The notes under the pieces are model-generated. The model did not search any database and had not been told where the DNA came from. It saw only the letters and a program-made list of their open reading frames with translations. DNA of 64,000 nt from an uncultured Solirubrobacteraceae bacterium (GTDB lineage Bacteria > Actinomycetota > Thermoleophilia > Solirubrobacterales > Solirubrobacteraceae): positions 14,455 through 78,454 of the forward strand of contig CAVTLZ010000002.1 of the NCBI GenBank assembly GCA_963735705.1, read 5' to 3'. Position 1 is the first letter of the stretch; each line of letters starts with the position of its first letter. The position numbers and the translations under genes are program-made. Of the stretch, positions 40,629-50,899 are shown in pieces.

Positions 40629-43600
40629 ATGCTTCATCTCGCCCGACTCTCGATCCTCCGGCCGAAGGGCGCGCTGCTCGCATGGGGCCTCGTCGCCGTC
40701 GTCCTCGCCGTGATCGGGCTCGGCGTCGCGCACTCGCTGTCGCCGTCGATCGTCGTTGTGCCCGGCACCGAGTCATCGCGCGCGCAGCAGCTCGCAAACG
40801 CGCACTTCGGGCCCACGCAGCTCGTGCCGATCCTGTTGCAGGCCCCCGCCGCCGACGTCGCGCGGCTCGAACGCCAGGGCCCGGGGCTCGTACGCGCCCT
40901 GGCCAAGCGCCCGCACACGCGCGTGCTCTCCGCCTGGGACGGTGGCGTCGCCGCCGAAGGGCTGCGTCCGTCGAGGACCGCCGCGATGATCGTCGTCTCC
41001 GTCGACCGCTCCGAAAAGGACGTCGTCGACTACGACCAGCCGCAGATCGAACGGCTCGTAGCGCATGACATCACCGGGCCGGTGCGCGCGAGCGTCACCG
41101 GTCAGCCGTCGATCGACCGCGCGCTCAAGAACGAAGCGCTGAGCACCGCGCTGCGCTCCGAGCTGATCGCCGTCGCGATCCTGTTCGTGCTGCTGCTGCT
41201 CGCGCTGCGCGCGCCGCTCGCCGCCGCCGCCGTCACGCTCGTCGGCGCCGCGACCGTGCTCGCCGCCTACGGGCTGATGGCGCTGCTCGCGCTCGTCATC
41301 GAAACAGACCCGATCGCCGTCGCGCTCGCCTCGATGACCGGGCTCGCGCTCGGCGTCGGCTACTCGCTGCTGATCCTCGACCGCTTCCACCAGCAGGAGC
41401 AGCTCCCCGACGCGGATCCGCGCGACGTCGCGCTCGCGGCCTCCACCGCAGTCGCGACGACCGGCCGCGCCGTGCTGTTCGCCGGCTCCGGCCTGATCCT
41501 CGCGCTGCTGCTCGCCACCGCGATCGCGCCGACCAAGATCCTCGTCTCGCTGGGGATCGGCGTGCTGCTCTGCTCGACGCTCGCGCTTGGCGGCGCCGTC
41601 GTCGTCATGCCCGCCGCGCTCGTCCTGTTCGGACGCCGCCTGATAGCTGCCCATGGCGCCGCGCCGGCGACGATCACGCGCGACTGGGATCGCCTCGTCG
41701 GCGCCGGTGTCTGGATCAGGCACCGCGCCGTCATCGCCGGCGCCCTGGCCACCGCGGCGCTGCTCGCGCTCGCGATCCCCGCGCTGTCGCTGCGGACCGG
41801 GCCGCCGGGCGTCAGTCAGCTGCCCGCCGGCAACCCCGCACGCAGGTCCTTCGAAACGGTCGCGCGCGTGATGGGGCCGGGCTGGCCGACCCCGTACAAC
41901 CTGATCGTCGTCAACCCGCGCGGACCGATCACCACCGCCGCCGCGCTTGAAGCGCTCGACCGTCTGCAGGAACAGATCGCCGCCGACCGCCGCGTCGCCG
42001 CCGTCACCGGCCCGGGCGAGCTCAGCGCGCAGACCAAGCCGCTCGGCAAGCTGCCGACCTCGCTCGCCGAATCGGGCAAGCTGCTCACCGGCGGCAAGAG
42101 CGACCTGCAGCGCCTGGTCAACGGACTCGGCCAGGCCGGCAGCGGCGCCAAGCAGCTGCAGAGCGGCCTGCGCTCGGCGAGCACCGGCGCCGGCAAGCTG
42201 CACAGCGGCTCAGGCAGCGCGCAGTCCGGCGCCGGCGAACTGCATGCCGGGCTCGCCGCCGCACGCAGCGGCTCGGCCAAGCTCTCCGCCGGCCTCAGCC
42301 AGGCGCTCGCCGGGGCGGGCGCGCTCAAGAACGGCGCCACGCAGGCGCTCGCCGGCTCGATCGAACTCGCCAACGGGCTCGGCTCCGCGCACACGCCCGT
42401 ATCCGCAAGCCTGCCGTCGCTGAAACAGCTCGCCGGGCTGACCGCGAGCACCAACAGCACGCTCGACGGCCTGCAGGGCCAGGCGCAGGGCGCCGCCTCC
42501 GACCTCGCCGGCGCGACGGAAGCGCTGCGCGGCATGAGCGCCGGCAAGAGCGACCCCCGCTATGGCGAAGCGCTCGCCGCGCTCGAACACGCCGCGGGCG
42601 CGCTCGGCGGCGTCACCAGCGGGCTCGGCGGCGTCGCACCGGAAACCAAGAGCGCCGCCGAAATCGCCGCCAGCGCGGCCACGCAGGGCTCGTTCCTGGC
42701 GAGCGCGCTCGCCCAGCTGCACACCGGCGCCGCGCAGCTGCAGGCGGGCCTCGCGAAGCTGCGCACCGGCGACGTGCAGCTAGCCTCGGGCATCGGCAAG
42801 CTTTCCGGTGGCAGCGGCGAATTGACGAGCGGGCTGACACAGCTGCGCGACGGCGCCGGCGCGCTCGAAACAGGGCTCGGCGAACTGACGAACGGCACCG
42901 GCCAGCTCGAAAGCGGGCTCGCCGGCGGCGTCTCGCCGACCGGCCAGCTCGTCAACGGCCTCGGCGTGATGCAGAAGAGCGTCGCCAAGTTCAGCGGCCA
43001 GCTGCCCTCGCCGAAGGAGCTCGAAGAACTGCACACGAAGTCGCCCGGGCTGTTCAACTCCGGCTACTTCCTGCTCGCCGCGATCGCCGGCGCGCCAGCC
43101 GCGAGCGCCAACGCCGCCGGCTTCACGGTGAACGTCACGCGCGGCGGCGACTCCGGGCAGATCGTCGTCATCTCCCGCTATGGCGCGAGCGCCTCGCAGA
43201 CCGCCGCGCTCGGTCAGCGCCTGGACCGGATCGCGCGCAGCTTCGCCGCGCGCAACCACCTCGAGGTCGCCGTCGGCGGCCCCGCCGGCGACCTCGCCGA
43301 CTTCACCAGCGCGACCAACGCGCGCCTGCCGTGGGTGATCGTCGCGCTCGCGCTCGCCGTCGCGCTGACGCTCGGGCTCGCGCTGCGCGCGGTCGCGCTG
43401 CCGATCGTCGCCGTGCTCTTCAACCTGCTCACCGCCGCCGCCACGTTCGGCGCCATGCGCCTGCTGTTCGGCGGCGCGCACCCGCCGTTGGGAGGCCCCG
43501 GATACCTCGATCCGATGTCGATCGTCGGCATCTTCACGACGATCTTCGGGATCTCGCTGATCTTCCTCGTCGTGCTGCTCGCGCGCACGCGCGAAGAGAT

Positions 43601-44000
43601 CGTGGCGGGCGCCGGCGTCGATCGCGCGCTGGACATCGCCCTGCGGCGCACCGCCGCGGCGAGCACCGGCGCGGGCCTCCTGATGATCGCCGCCGTGATC
43701 CCGTTCGCGACCACCGGCCTGTTGACCGTGCGCGAGTTCGGCGTCGGCGTCGCGATCGCCGTGGCGCTCGACGCGTTCCTCGTGCGCCCGGTGCTGCTGC
43801 CGGCGGCCGTCGAGGCGCTCGGCCGCCGCGCCTGGTGGCCGACGCGCGCGGGTCGGGTGGAACTACGGATGCCAGAGCCGCAGAGCGCCCCGATGAATGT
43901 GGCTGGCAATGGCCATAACGTCGGCGACATGGCATCCGCCGATGCGAGTTCGCAGGCGGATGCGAATCTGCAGGAACCGATGGAGGAGGAGATCCGATGA
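40629..44000 (+). CDS. MMPL family transporter with x-x-x-Leu-x-x-Gly heptad-repeat loop
   Basis: VTGQP, GVGYSLLI..RF, GRAVLFAG, TPYNLIV, VGGPAG, GIS..FLV..RTREE; many L..G..QL..G repeats. Confidence 0.92.
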   Translation: MLHLARLSILRPKGALLAWGLVAVVLAVIGLGVAHSLSPSIVVVPGTESSRAQQLANAHFGPTQLVPILLQAPAADVARLERQGPGLVRALAKRPHTRVLSAWDGGVAAEGLRPSRTAAMIVVSVDRSEKDVVDYDQPQIERLVAHDITGPVRASVTGQPSIDRALKNEALSTALRSELIAVAILFVLLLLALRAPLAAAAVTLVGAATVLAAYGLMALLALVIETDPIAVALASMTGLALGVGYSLLILDRFHQQEQLPDADPRDVALAASTAVATTGRAVLFAGSGLILALLLATAIAPTKILVSLGIGVLLCSTLALGGAVVVMPAALVLFGRRLIAAHGAAPATITRDWDRLVGAGVWIRHRAVIAGALATAALLALAIPALSLRTGPPGVSQLPAGNPARRSFETVARVMGPGWPTPYNLIVVNPRGPITTAAALEALDRLQEQIAADRRVAAVTGPGELSAQTKPLGKLPTSLAESGKLLTGGKSDLQRLVNGLGQAGSGAKQLQSGLRSASTGAGKLHSGSGSAQSGAGELHAGLAAARSGSAKLSAGLSQALAGAGALKNGATQALAGSIELANGLGSAHTPVSASLPSLKQLAGLTASTNSTLDGLQGQAQGAASDLAGATEALRGMSAGKSDPRYGEALAALEHAAGALGGVTSGLGGVAPETKSAAEIAASAATQGSFLASALAQLHTGAAQLQAGLAKLRTGDVQLASGIGKLSGGSGELTSGLTQLRDGAGALETGLGELTNGTGQLESGLAGGVSPTGQLVNGLGVMQKSVAKFSGQLPSPKELEELHTKSPGLFNSGYFLLAAIAGAPAASANAAGFTVNVTRGGDSGQIVVISRYGASASQTAALGQRLDRIARSFAARNHLEVAVGGPAGDLADFTSATNARLPWVIVALALAVALTLGLALRAVALPIVAVLFNLLTAAATFGAMRLLFGGAHPPLGGPGYLDPMSIVGIFTTIFGISLIFLVVLLARTREEIVAGAGVDRALDIALRRTAAASTGAGLLMIAAVIPFATTGLLTVREFGVGVAIAVALDAFLVRPVLLPAAVEALGRRAWWPTRAGRVELRMPEPQSAPMNVAGNGHNVGDMASADASSQADANLQEPMEEEIR

Positions 44001-44692
44001 GAAGGCTCAAGCTGATGACCGCGGTGATCGTCACCGGAGTGCTGTGCGCCGGCGGTCTCGCATACGCAAGCTCGCAGTTCACGCAGACATCCGTGATCAC
44101 GTTGACCGCGAAGAAGGCCGGCAAGCCGACGGGCCTGCAGGCGAGCCTGCTCTCGGCCGACCCCGGCGCCGTCCAGCCGCAGGGGCTGAAGACGCTCACG
44201 ATCACGCTGCCGACGAAGACTAAGTTCGACTTCAAGAGCACCGCGCTGAAGCAGTGCAAGGCCAGCGAAGTCGAAATCAAGGCCACGCTCGGCAGCGCCT
44301 GCTCGGCCAAGAGCAAGATCGGCTCGGGCACGGCGGTCGCCAACGGCGCTCCCGTGCTGCCCACGATCCCCGAGAACGCGACGGCCTACGCAGGCCACAA
44401 CCAGATCGTCTTCCTGCTCACGCCCGCGACCGCCGGCGCCGGACAGGTGCTCGTGCTGTACGGCAAGGTGTCCGCGAACAAGGTCACAACCGACGTGCCA
44501 GTGATCAACGCAGGCGGGCTGAACATCGTGATCACGGCGCTCAACCTGACGATCAAGACCGTCGGCAAAGGCAAGCAGGCGTTCATCACCGCCGGCAGCT
44601 GCACGGGCGGCAAGTTCGTCGTGAAGTCGGGCTTCGTCTACCAGAACAGCGCGACGTTCAGCGCCTCGAGCTCATCCAAGTGCAGCAAGTGA
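43997..44692 (+). CDS. Secreted protein, Cys-containing, beta-rich
   Basis: ATGA-coupled to MMPL; signal peptide ending AYA; four Cys; Lys/Thr-rich. Confidence 0.8.
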   Translation: MRRLKLMTAVIVTGVLCAGGLAYASSQFTQTSVITLTAKKAGKPTGLQASLLSADPGAVQPQGLKTLTITLPTKTKFDFKSTALKQCKASEVEIKATLGSACSAKSKIGSGTAVANGAPVLPTIPENATAYAGHNQIVFLLTPATAGAGQVLVLYGKVSANKVTTDVPVINAGGLNIVITALNLTIKTVGKGKQAFITAGSCTGGKFVVKSGFVYQNSATFSASSSSKCSK

Positions 44693-44706
44693 GGTAGGGG
44701 AGAGCG

Positions 44707-46524
44707 ATGGCCACAACCGCCACACTGCCGCCGGTCGCCGAGCGCATCACCGGCGCCACCACGCTCGGACGCATGATCCTGTCGGCGTCCGAGCGCGGTG
44801 AGGACGTCGCGCTGCGCTACCCCGGCGGGGCGGGCCTGCGCTCGATCTCCTACCGCGAGCTCGGCGAGCACAGCGACGCGATCGCCCGCGGCCTGATCGC
44901 GCTTGGGATCGAGGCGGGGGACACCGTCGCGATCCTGTGCTCGACGCGGGCGGAGTGGACGCTGTGCGAAGCGGGCGCCGTGTGCGCGGGAGCCGTGGTC
45001 GCCCCGATCTACCACACCAACTCACCCGAGGAGTGCCTGCACGTGCTCTCGCATTCGCAGGCCCGCCTGGTGTTCTGCGAGGACGCCGCGCAGGTCGCGA
45101 AGATCGAGCAGGTCCGCGCGCGCTGCCCGGAGCTCGCGCACGTGATCGTGATCGACGGCCGCGCGCCGGGTGCCAGCACGCTCGAAGAGCTGCGCGCCGG
45201 TGGCGAGCACGTCGAGGTGCAGGAGGTCGAGCGGCGGGTGCGCGCGGTCGAGCCCGACGACGTCGCCACGCTCGTCTACACCTCCGGCACGACCGGGCCG
45301 CCGAAGGGGTGCATGCTCACCCACGCCAACTTCCTGTCGGCGACCGCGATGTACCGCGGCCAGCTCGAGCTCGACGACGTCCAGCCGGTCATCTACATGT
45401 TCCTGCCGCTCGCGCACGTGCTCGCGCGCCTCGCCCAGATGGTCGTGATCGACGTCGGCGGCACGCTTGTTTATTGGGGTGGCGACCCGGCCGGGATTTC
45501 GGCAGAGATCCAGCAGGCCGAGCTCACGCACTTCGTCGCGGTGCCGCGCATCTACGAGAAGATGCACACGGCGATCCTCAGCACCGTCGACAGCCGCGGT
45601 CCGATCGCGCGCCTGCTGTTCGCGTGGGCGCTGGAGGTCGGACGCCGCGCGCGCGTCGCCGAGCGCGCCGGCAAGCGCCGCGGACCGCTCGCGGCCGCGA
45701 GGCTCAGAGTCGCCGACCGCGTCGGCCTGGCGAAGGTCCGCGCGCTGTTCGGCGCGCGCCTGAAGCTCGCGCTCGTCGGCGCCGCGCCGATCGGCCGCGA
45801 GCTGCTCGAGTTCTTCGACGCGTGCGGCGTGCTCGTGCTGGAGGGCTACGGCATGACCGAGAGCTGCGCCACCGCGACGCTCAACCCGCCGAGCGCGCCG
45901 CGACTGGGAACCGTCGGGCGGGCGCTGCCCGACAGCGAGGTGATGGTCACCGAGGAGGGCGAGGTGCTGCTGCGCGGCCCGCACGTGTTCGCCGGCTACC
46001 ACCGCGACCACGAGGCGACCTCGGCGACGTTCACCGACGGCTGGCTGAACACCGGCGACCTCGGCTCGCTCTCCGAGGACGGCTACCTGACGCTGACCGG
46101 CCGTAAGAAGGACCTGATCATCACCTCCAGCGGCAAGAACATCAGCGCGTCGAACATCGAGAGCGCGCTGCGCGAGACGCGCTGGATCTCCGAGGCCGTC
46201 GTCTTCGGCGACCGGCGTCCGTATCTCGTGTGCATGGTCGTGCTCGACCCCGACGAGGCGCCGAAGCTGGCCGAGCAGCTGGAAGTCCCGGCGGACATGG
46301 CCGGCATGGCCGGCGACGAGCGGGTGCATGCGGCGCTGCAGGCCGACATCGACGCCGTCAACGAGCGCTTCGCGCGCGTCGAGCAGATCAAGCGCTTCGC
46401 CGTGCTCGACCACGACCTCACACAGGCGACGGGCGAGCTCACGCCGACGCTGAAGGTCAAGCACGCGACCGTGTACGAGCGCTACGCCGACTTCTTCGAC
46501 GCGCTGTACGCCGAGCCTCGGTGA
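44707..46524 (+). CDS. Long-chain fatty acid-CoA ligase
   Basis: YTSGTTGPPKG, EGYGMTE, TGDLG, GRKKDLII, LTPTLKVK. Confidence 0.95.
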   Translation: MATTATLPPVAERITGATTLGRMILSASERGEDVALRYPGGAGLRSISYRELGEHSDAIARGLIALGIEAGDTVAILCSTRAEWTLCEAGAVCAGAVVAPIYHTNSPEECLHVLSHSQARLVFCEDAAQVAKIEQVRARCPELAHVIVIDGRAPGASTLEELRAGGEHVEVQEVERRVRAVEPDDVATLVYTSGTTGPPKGCMLTHANFLSATAMYRGQLELDDVQPVIYMFLPLAHVLARLAQMVVIDVGGTLVYWGGDPAGISAEIQQAELTHFVAVPRIYEKMHTAILSTVDSRGPIARLLFAWALEVGRRARVAERAGKRRGPLAAARLRVADRVGLAKVRALFGARLKLALVGAAPIGRELLEFFDACGVLVLEGYGMTESCATATLNPPSAPRLGTVGRALPDSEVMVTEEGEVLLRGPHVFAGYHRDHEATSATFTDGWLNTGDLGSLSEDGYLTLTGRKKDLIITSSGKNISASNIESALRETRWISEAVVFGDRRPYLVCMVVLDPDEAPKLAEQLEVPADMAGMAGDERVHAALQADIDAVNERFARVEQIKRFAVLDHDLTQATGELTPTLKVKHATVYERYADFFDALYAEPR

Positions 46525-46534
46525 GGAGCCGACG

Positions 46535-47902
46535 ATGAGCGCCACGCACCGCCTGTCCAATGCCGACGCGGCGTGGCTGCACATGGACCGCCCGACGAAC
46601 CTGATGGTGATCAACTCCGTGCTGCTGTTCGACGAGCGGCCGGACTGGGAGCGGCTGGCGGACGTCGTGCGCAGGCGCCTGGTCGAGCGCTACCCGCGCT
46701 TTCACCAGCGCGTCGGCGAGAGCCGCGTGGCGCTCGACGGGCCGCACTGGCAGGAGGACCCCGACTTCGACCTCGACCGCCACCTGCACCGCCGCGGCCT
46801 GCCCTCCCCGGGCGACGAGCAGGCGCTCAGGGACCTCGCGGGCGACCTTGCCGCGATGCCGCTCGACCGCGGCAAGCCGCTGTGGGACATGTACCTGATC
46901 GACGGCCCCGGCAACGGCTGCGCGGTGATCGTGCGCATGCACCACTGCATCGCCGACGGGATCGCGCTCGCGCAGGTGATGCTGTCGCTGACCGACACCG
47001 CGCCCGAGGGCGAGGACGAAGCTGCCACGCCCGCCGGTCGCGATCACACCGGACGCTCGTGGCCGTGGCCGTGGGCGCTCGTGCGGGAGGGCGTGCGGAC
47101 GCTCACCCACCCCCGGCGCGCGCTCGAGCTGCTCGACGCGCTCGCCGCCGACGCGCAGGCGCTCGCCAAGTTGATCTTCACCCCGCGCGACACACCGAGC
47201 GTGCTCAAGCGCGACGCTGGCGCCGCGCGCAGCGTCGCGTGGAGCAGGCCGCTGTCGCTGGCGCGCGTCAAGCGGATCGCGCACGCGCAGGGGGCGACGG
47301 TCAACGACGTGCTGCTGGCGGCCGTGAGCGGCGCGCTGCGCGGCTACCTGGCCGACCGCGGCGAAGCGCCGCACGAGCTGCGCACGCTCGTGCCGGTCAA
47401 CCTGCGCGCGCCCGAGGAGCCGATCCCGCGCGAGCTGGGCAACCGCTTCGGCCTCGTGTTCCTGACGCTGCCGGTCGACCTCTCCAGCCGCCGCGAGCGG
47501 CTGCGCGAGCTCAAGCGGCGCATGGACGAGATCAAGTCCTCGCCGCAGGGCCCGGTCTCCTACGCGGTGCTCGAGGCGATCGGGCTGACGCCGCCGGAGG
47601 TCGAGACCCGCGTCATCGACATCTTCACCGCGAAGGCCACCGCGGTGATGACGAACGTCCCCGGCCCGCGTGAGACCGTTTACCTGGCCGGCAGCCCGCT
47701 GCGCGCGGTACTCGTGTGGGCGCCGACCGCGGGCAGTGTCGGCATGAGCGTCAGCATCCTCAGCTACGACGGCACGATCACCGTCGGCCTGCTCGTGCAC
47801 GCGCAACTCGTGCCCGACCCGCAGGCGATCGTCGAGCGCCTGCAGCGCGAGCTGACGGCGATGGCGAGGCTCGCGCCCTCGGCGAACGGGAAGGCCGCAT
47901 GA
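46535..47902 (+). CDS. Wax ester synthase/diacylglycerol acyltransferase (WS/DGAT)
   Basis: DAAWLHMD, LDRGKPLW, intact HHCIADG, TVNDV, LGNRFG, TNVPGP, SYDG. Confidence 0.93.
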   Translation: MSATHRLSNADAAWLHMDRPTNLMVINSVLLFDERPDWERLADVVRRRLVERYPRFHQRVGESRVALDGPHWQEDPDFDLDRHLHRRGLPSPGDEQALRDLAGDLAAMPLDRGKPLWDMYLIDGPGNGCAVIVRMHHCIADGIALAQVMLSLTDTAPEGEDEAATPAGRDHTGRSWPWPWALVREGVRTLTHPRRALELLDALAADAQALAKLIFTPRDTPSVLKRDAGAARSVAWSRPLSLARVKRIAHAQGATVNDVLLAAVSGALRGYLADRGEAPHELRTLVPVNLRAPEEPIPRELGNRFGLVFLTLPVDLSSRRERLRELKRRMDEIKSSPQGPVSYAVLEAIGLTPPEVETRVIDIFTAKATAVMTNVPGPRETVYLAGSPLRAVLVWAPTAGSVGMSVSILSYDGTITVGLLVHAQLVPDPQAIVERLQRELTAMARLAPSANGKAA

Positions 47903-48861
47903 GCGGCGAGCCCTCGGTCGCGGTGTTCGCTCCCAACCCGCTGCTGACGGTGACGCTCGAGCTGGAGGGCGCCGAGCGCCAGCGCATCCACTTCCACGCC
48001 GGCGGGCAGGGCGTGTGGGTGGCCGGCATGGCGCGGTCGATGGGCGCCGCGCCGGTGCTGTGCGGACTGCTCGGCGGCGAGACCGGGCAGCTGCTGCGCC
48101 CGCTGCTCGAGCAGGTGGCGGGCACGCAGCCGCACCTCGTGCAGACCGCCAGCGCGAGCGGCTGCTACGTCACCGACCGCCGCTCCGGGGAGCGCGAGCT
48201 GCTGGCGATGGCGCTCAGCGACCCGCCGTCGCGCCACGAGCTCGACGAGCTGTTCTCGCTGACGTGCGCCCAGGCGCTCGCGTGCCGCTGGCTGCTCGTC
48301 ACCAACCCGCTGCCCGGCGAGTCGCTGCCGCTGGAGGTGTACGGCGACCTCGTCGCAGACGCGCGCGCGGGTGGCTGTCGCACGCTCGTGGACCTGTCCT
48401 CGCCGCGCCTGGACAGCGCGCTCGCGGGCACGCCCGATCTGGTGAAGATCAACGACTGGGAGCTCGCGGAGTTCGTGTGCGGGCCGGTGTCCACGCCGGA
48501 GCTGCTGCTCGCAGGCGCGCAGCGCCTGCGCGATGCCGGCGCCGGCAGCGTGATCGTCACACGCGGAGAGCAGCCGGCGCTCGTCCTGCACGAGGACGAG
48601 GCGTGGGAGCTCGTCTCGCCCCGCTTCGAGCACGGCTTCCGCGAGGGCTGTGGCGACGCGATGATGGGCGCGCTCGCCGCCGCGTGGGCGCGCGGGGACT
48701 GCTTCGAGCGGGCGGTCGTGCTCGGCGCCGCTGCGGGCGCGGCGAACTTCCTGCGGCGCGGGCTCGGCCACGCCTCCCGCGAGGTCGTCGAGCAGCTCGC
48801 CGACGCCGTCAGGCTGGCGCCGTGGTCGGCAGCTCAGCCAGCAGCCGGCTCGGTCAGCTGA
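47899..48861 (+). CDS. PfkB family sugar kinase (1-phosphofructokinase-like)
   Basis: GGQGVWVA, VKINDWE, VTRGE, GCGD; ATGA-coupled to WS/DGAT. Confidence 0.85.
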   Translation: MSGEPSVAVFAPNPLLTVTLELEGAERQRIHFHAGGQGVWVAGMARSMGAAPVLCGLLGGETGQLLRPLLEQVAGTQPHLVQTASASGCYVTDRRSGERELLAMALSDPPSRHELDELFSLTCAQALACRWLLVTNPLPGESLPLEVYGDLVADARAGGCRTLVDLSSPRLDSALAGTPDLVKINDWELAEFVCGPVSTPELLLAGAQRLRDAGAGSVIVTRGEQPALVLHEDEAWELVSPRFEHGFREGCGDAMMGALAAAWARGDCFERAVVLGAAAGAANFLRRGLGHASREVVEQLADAVRLAPWSAAQPAAGSVS

Positions 48862-49666
48862 ACTCCGCGAACATCGCCAGCTCGCCGGAGAGCTGCTCGT
48901 AGAGGTGCTGGCGCAGCTGCGTGTGGATCTGTGAGATGCGGCTCTCGGTGACCCCCAGCCGCTCGCCGATCTCGCGCAGCGTGCGCTCCTCGACATACAG
49001 CAGGACCGCCACCTCGCGCTCCTGCTTGCTCAGCCGCGCGAACGCCTTGCGAAAGCGCGCCTTGGCCTCGCTGCGCTCGGCGCTCGAGATCGGGTCGCAG
49101 TCCCTGTCGGCGCTCTCGAGCGTTTCGATCTGCTCGATCGTGGCGCTCTCGTCGGAGCGCACCGGCCGGTTCAGCGAGCCGACCTCAGCGAGCGCCACCT
49201 GGTCGAGCCGGTCGCCCAGCTCACGCGAGGTCATCCCGACCTGCGCCGCCAGCTCGTCACGGCTGGGCTGGCGTTCGTGCAGCGAGAGGAAGCTCTCGCG
49301 GGCGCTGTTGATCGCGCGCTCGTCACGGCGCAGCGAGCGCGGCGCCCAGTCCTGGCGGCGCAGCTCGTCCAGCACCGCGCCGTGGATGCGCGTCCATGCG
49401 TACTGCTCGAGCGAGGCGCCCTTGTCCGGGTCGTAGCGCTCGATCGAGTGGATCAGCGCCTCCAGCCCGCACGAGAGGAAGTCCTCCACGTCGCAGTGCG
49501 AGGGGACCTCGCGCACCTTGCGGTAGACGATGTGGCGGACCATCGGCATGAACATGAAGATCAGCCGGTCACGCAGTTGGAGCTCAGAGGTCCGTCGATA
49601 CTCCTGCCAAACCGACAGCACCTCGGCTGCCGCTGGCCTGACTGCCTGCTTCGTGCCTATTTCCAT
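48854..49666 (-). CDS. RNA polymerase sigma factor, FliA/WhiG (sigma-28) family
   Basis: LRDRLI, SIERYDP, RIHGAVLDELRRQDW.PRSLR, TLREIGERLGVTESRISQIH; SD GGAG. Confidence 0.93.
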   Translation of the reverse strand: MEIGTKQAVRPAAAEVLSVWQEYRRTSELQLRDRLIFMFMPMVRHIVYRKVREVPSHCDVEDFLSCGLEALIHSIERYDPDKGASLEQYAWTRIHGAVLDELRRQDWAPRSLRRDERAINSARESFLSLHERQPSRDELAAQVGMTSRELGDRLDQVALAEVGSLNRPVRSDESATIEQIETLESADRDCDPISSAERSEAKARFRKAFARLSKQEREVAVLLYVEERTLREIGERLGVTESRISQIHTQLRQHLYEQLSGELAMFAEFS

Positions 49667-49790
49667 GGTCATGCTCCGGTTTCGAGGGAACTGATGTGTG
49701 TATGACCGTCCGCGACAGCGCTTCGCTCGCGTCCGAGCGTGGCTCGATGAAGCTGAGCCTCGCGAGGCTGTTCGGTGCGGCCATGGGCCA

Positions 49791-49819
49791 GCATCGGCCG
49801 CACGTGTGGGGCGACTTGA
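49791..49819 (-). promoter_or_regulatory. Candidate sigma-28 promoter of the sigma-28 gene
   Basis: TCAAG-N16-GCCGATGC on the minus strand, about 125 nt upstream of the start. Confidence 0.4.
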
Positions 49820-49932
49820 GAGCTGCACGAAGGCGTTGCGAGCGGGGCGTCCGGGTGATGGGAGTGCGGGCGCGCGCCGGCGATCGCGCGGGCGTCGAGC
49901 GAGCCCTCGCGGCGGCGCCTACCGAGGGTGCG

Positions 49933-50409
49933 TCAGTCGCTCCACCACACGTCTTCGTCGGCGTCGGCATCGCGCTCGATCTGCTCGAGCGCGATGTCGG
50001 TGCGGCGGTCGTCGACCATGCTCTGCAGCGCCGCGTCGATCGTAGGCGCCCACACCCGGCGCACCACCGCGACCCTTCCTGGCTCCTCGTCGAACTGCTT
50101 CCATTCGAGCTCAACCAGCGGCACGCGCGATGGCGGCGCGTCGTCGGGCACCGGCGCGCCCCACCCGTAGAGGGTGATCTGCGCCTGCCAGCCGTGGGGG
50201 CACAGCTCGCCCATCACCGTCAGCGCCTGCCACTGGTCGGCCACCGGCTTCGGCCGCCGGTGACGGCGGCGCAGGTAGATGCCGATCAGCACGCACGCCG
50301 CCGTCATCGCCGCGATCAGAGGCACGATCACGAACGTTTCGTACAGGGGCGCATACGTGCTTCCGCCCCGGTAGCTCGCGACCACGAACCCGACCGCGGC
50401 AACGCTCAT
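49933..50409 (-). CDS. Hypothetical membrane-anchored Trp-rich protein
   Basis: TM helix followed by an Arg-rich stop-transfer segment and a soluble domain; GC-biased codons. Confidence 0.7.
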   Translation of the reverse strand: MSVAAVGFVVASYRGGSTYAPLYETFVIVPLIAAMTAACVLIGIYLRRRHRRPKPVADQWQALTVMGELCPHGWQAQITLYGWGAPVPDDAPPSRVPLVELEWKQFDEEPGRVAVVRRVWAPTIDAALQSMVDDRRTDIALEQIERDADADEDVWWSD

Positions 50410-50538
50410 GGCACGCCCGTCAAACCGCTCGATCCGGCTCGAGAAAGCAGATGCGATCCGCTCACTCTCATCGCACCTTCACAGTAGCCGCTCGGGCATG
50501 CGTGTTGTGGCACTTGCCGTTGTGGCACCATCCGGCTG

Positions 50539-50835
50539 GTGGCACGGCAGTTGAGCTCTGACGCACGGTTGGCGATCCTGCGGCGGGTACGCGCCATTCC
50601 CCCCGGCTACGTGCGGACCTACGGCGACGTGTCACCGGGCGCGCCGCGCCTGGCCGGCTACGTCCTCAGTCGTAGCGCCGCGGACGAGGCGCCCTGGCAT
50701 CGGGTCGTACGCGCTGACGGCTCGCTCGCCAAGGGAGCGCGCCAGCGCAAGCTGCTCGAAGCCGAGGCGGTTCCCTTCCGCGGCGAGCGGGTGCTGCTGT
50801 CGCGGGCGCGCCTGGACGATCTCGACGCCGCGTGA
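50539..50835 (+). CDS. Alkyltransferase-like protein (ATL, MGMT family)
   Basis: IPPGYVRTYGDV, PWHRVV (Trp in place of the catalytic Cys), QRKLLEAE. Confidence 0.9.
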   Translation: MARQLSSDARLAILRRVRAIPPGYVRTYGDVSPGAPRLAGYVLSRSAADEAPWHRVVRADGSLAKGARQRKLLEAEAVPFRGERVLLSRARLDDLDAA

Positions 50836-50899
50836 CGGGCGCCCGCGCGTGGCCGTCCCTGGACGCCGCCGACGAGCACCAGCGCGACGCGGGCGGCGC

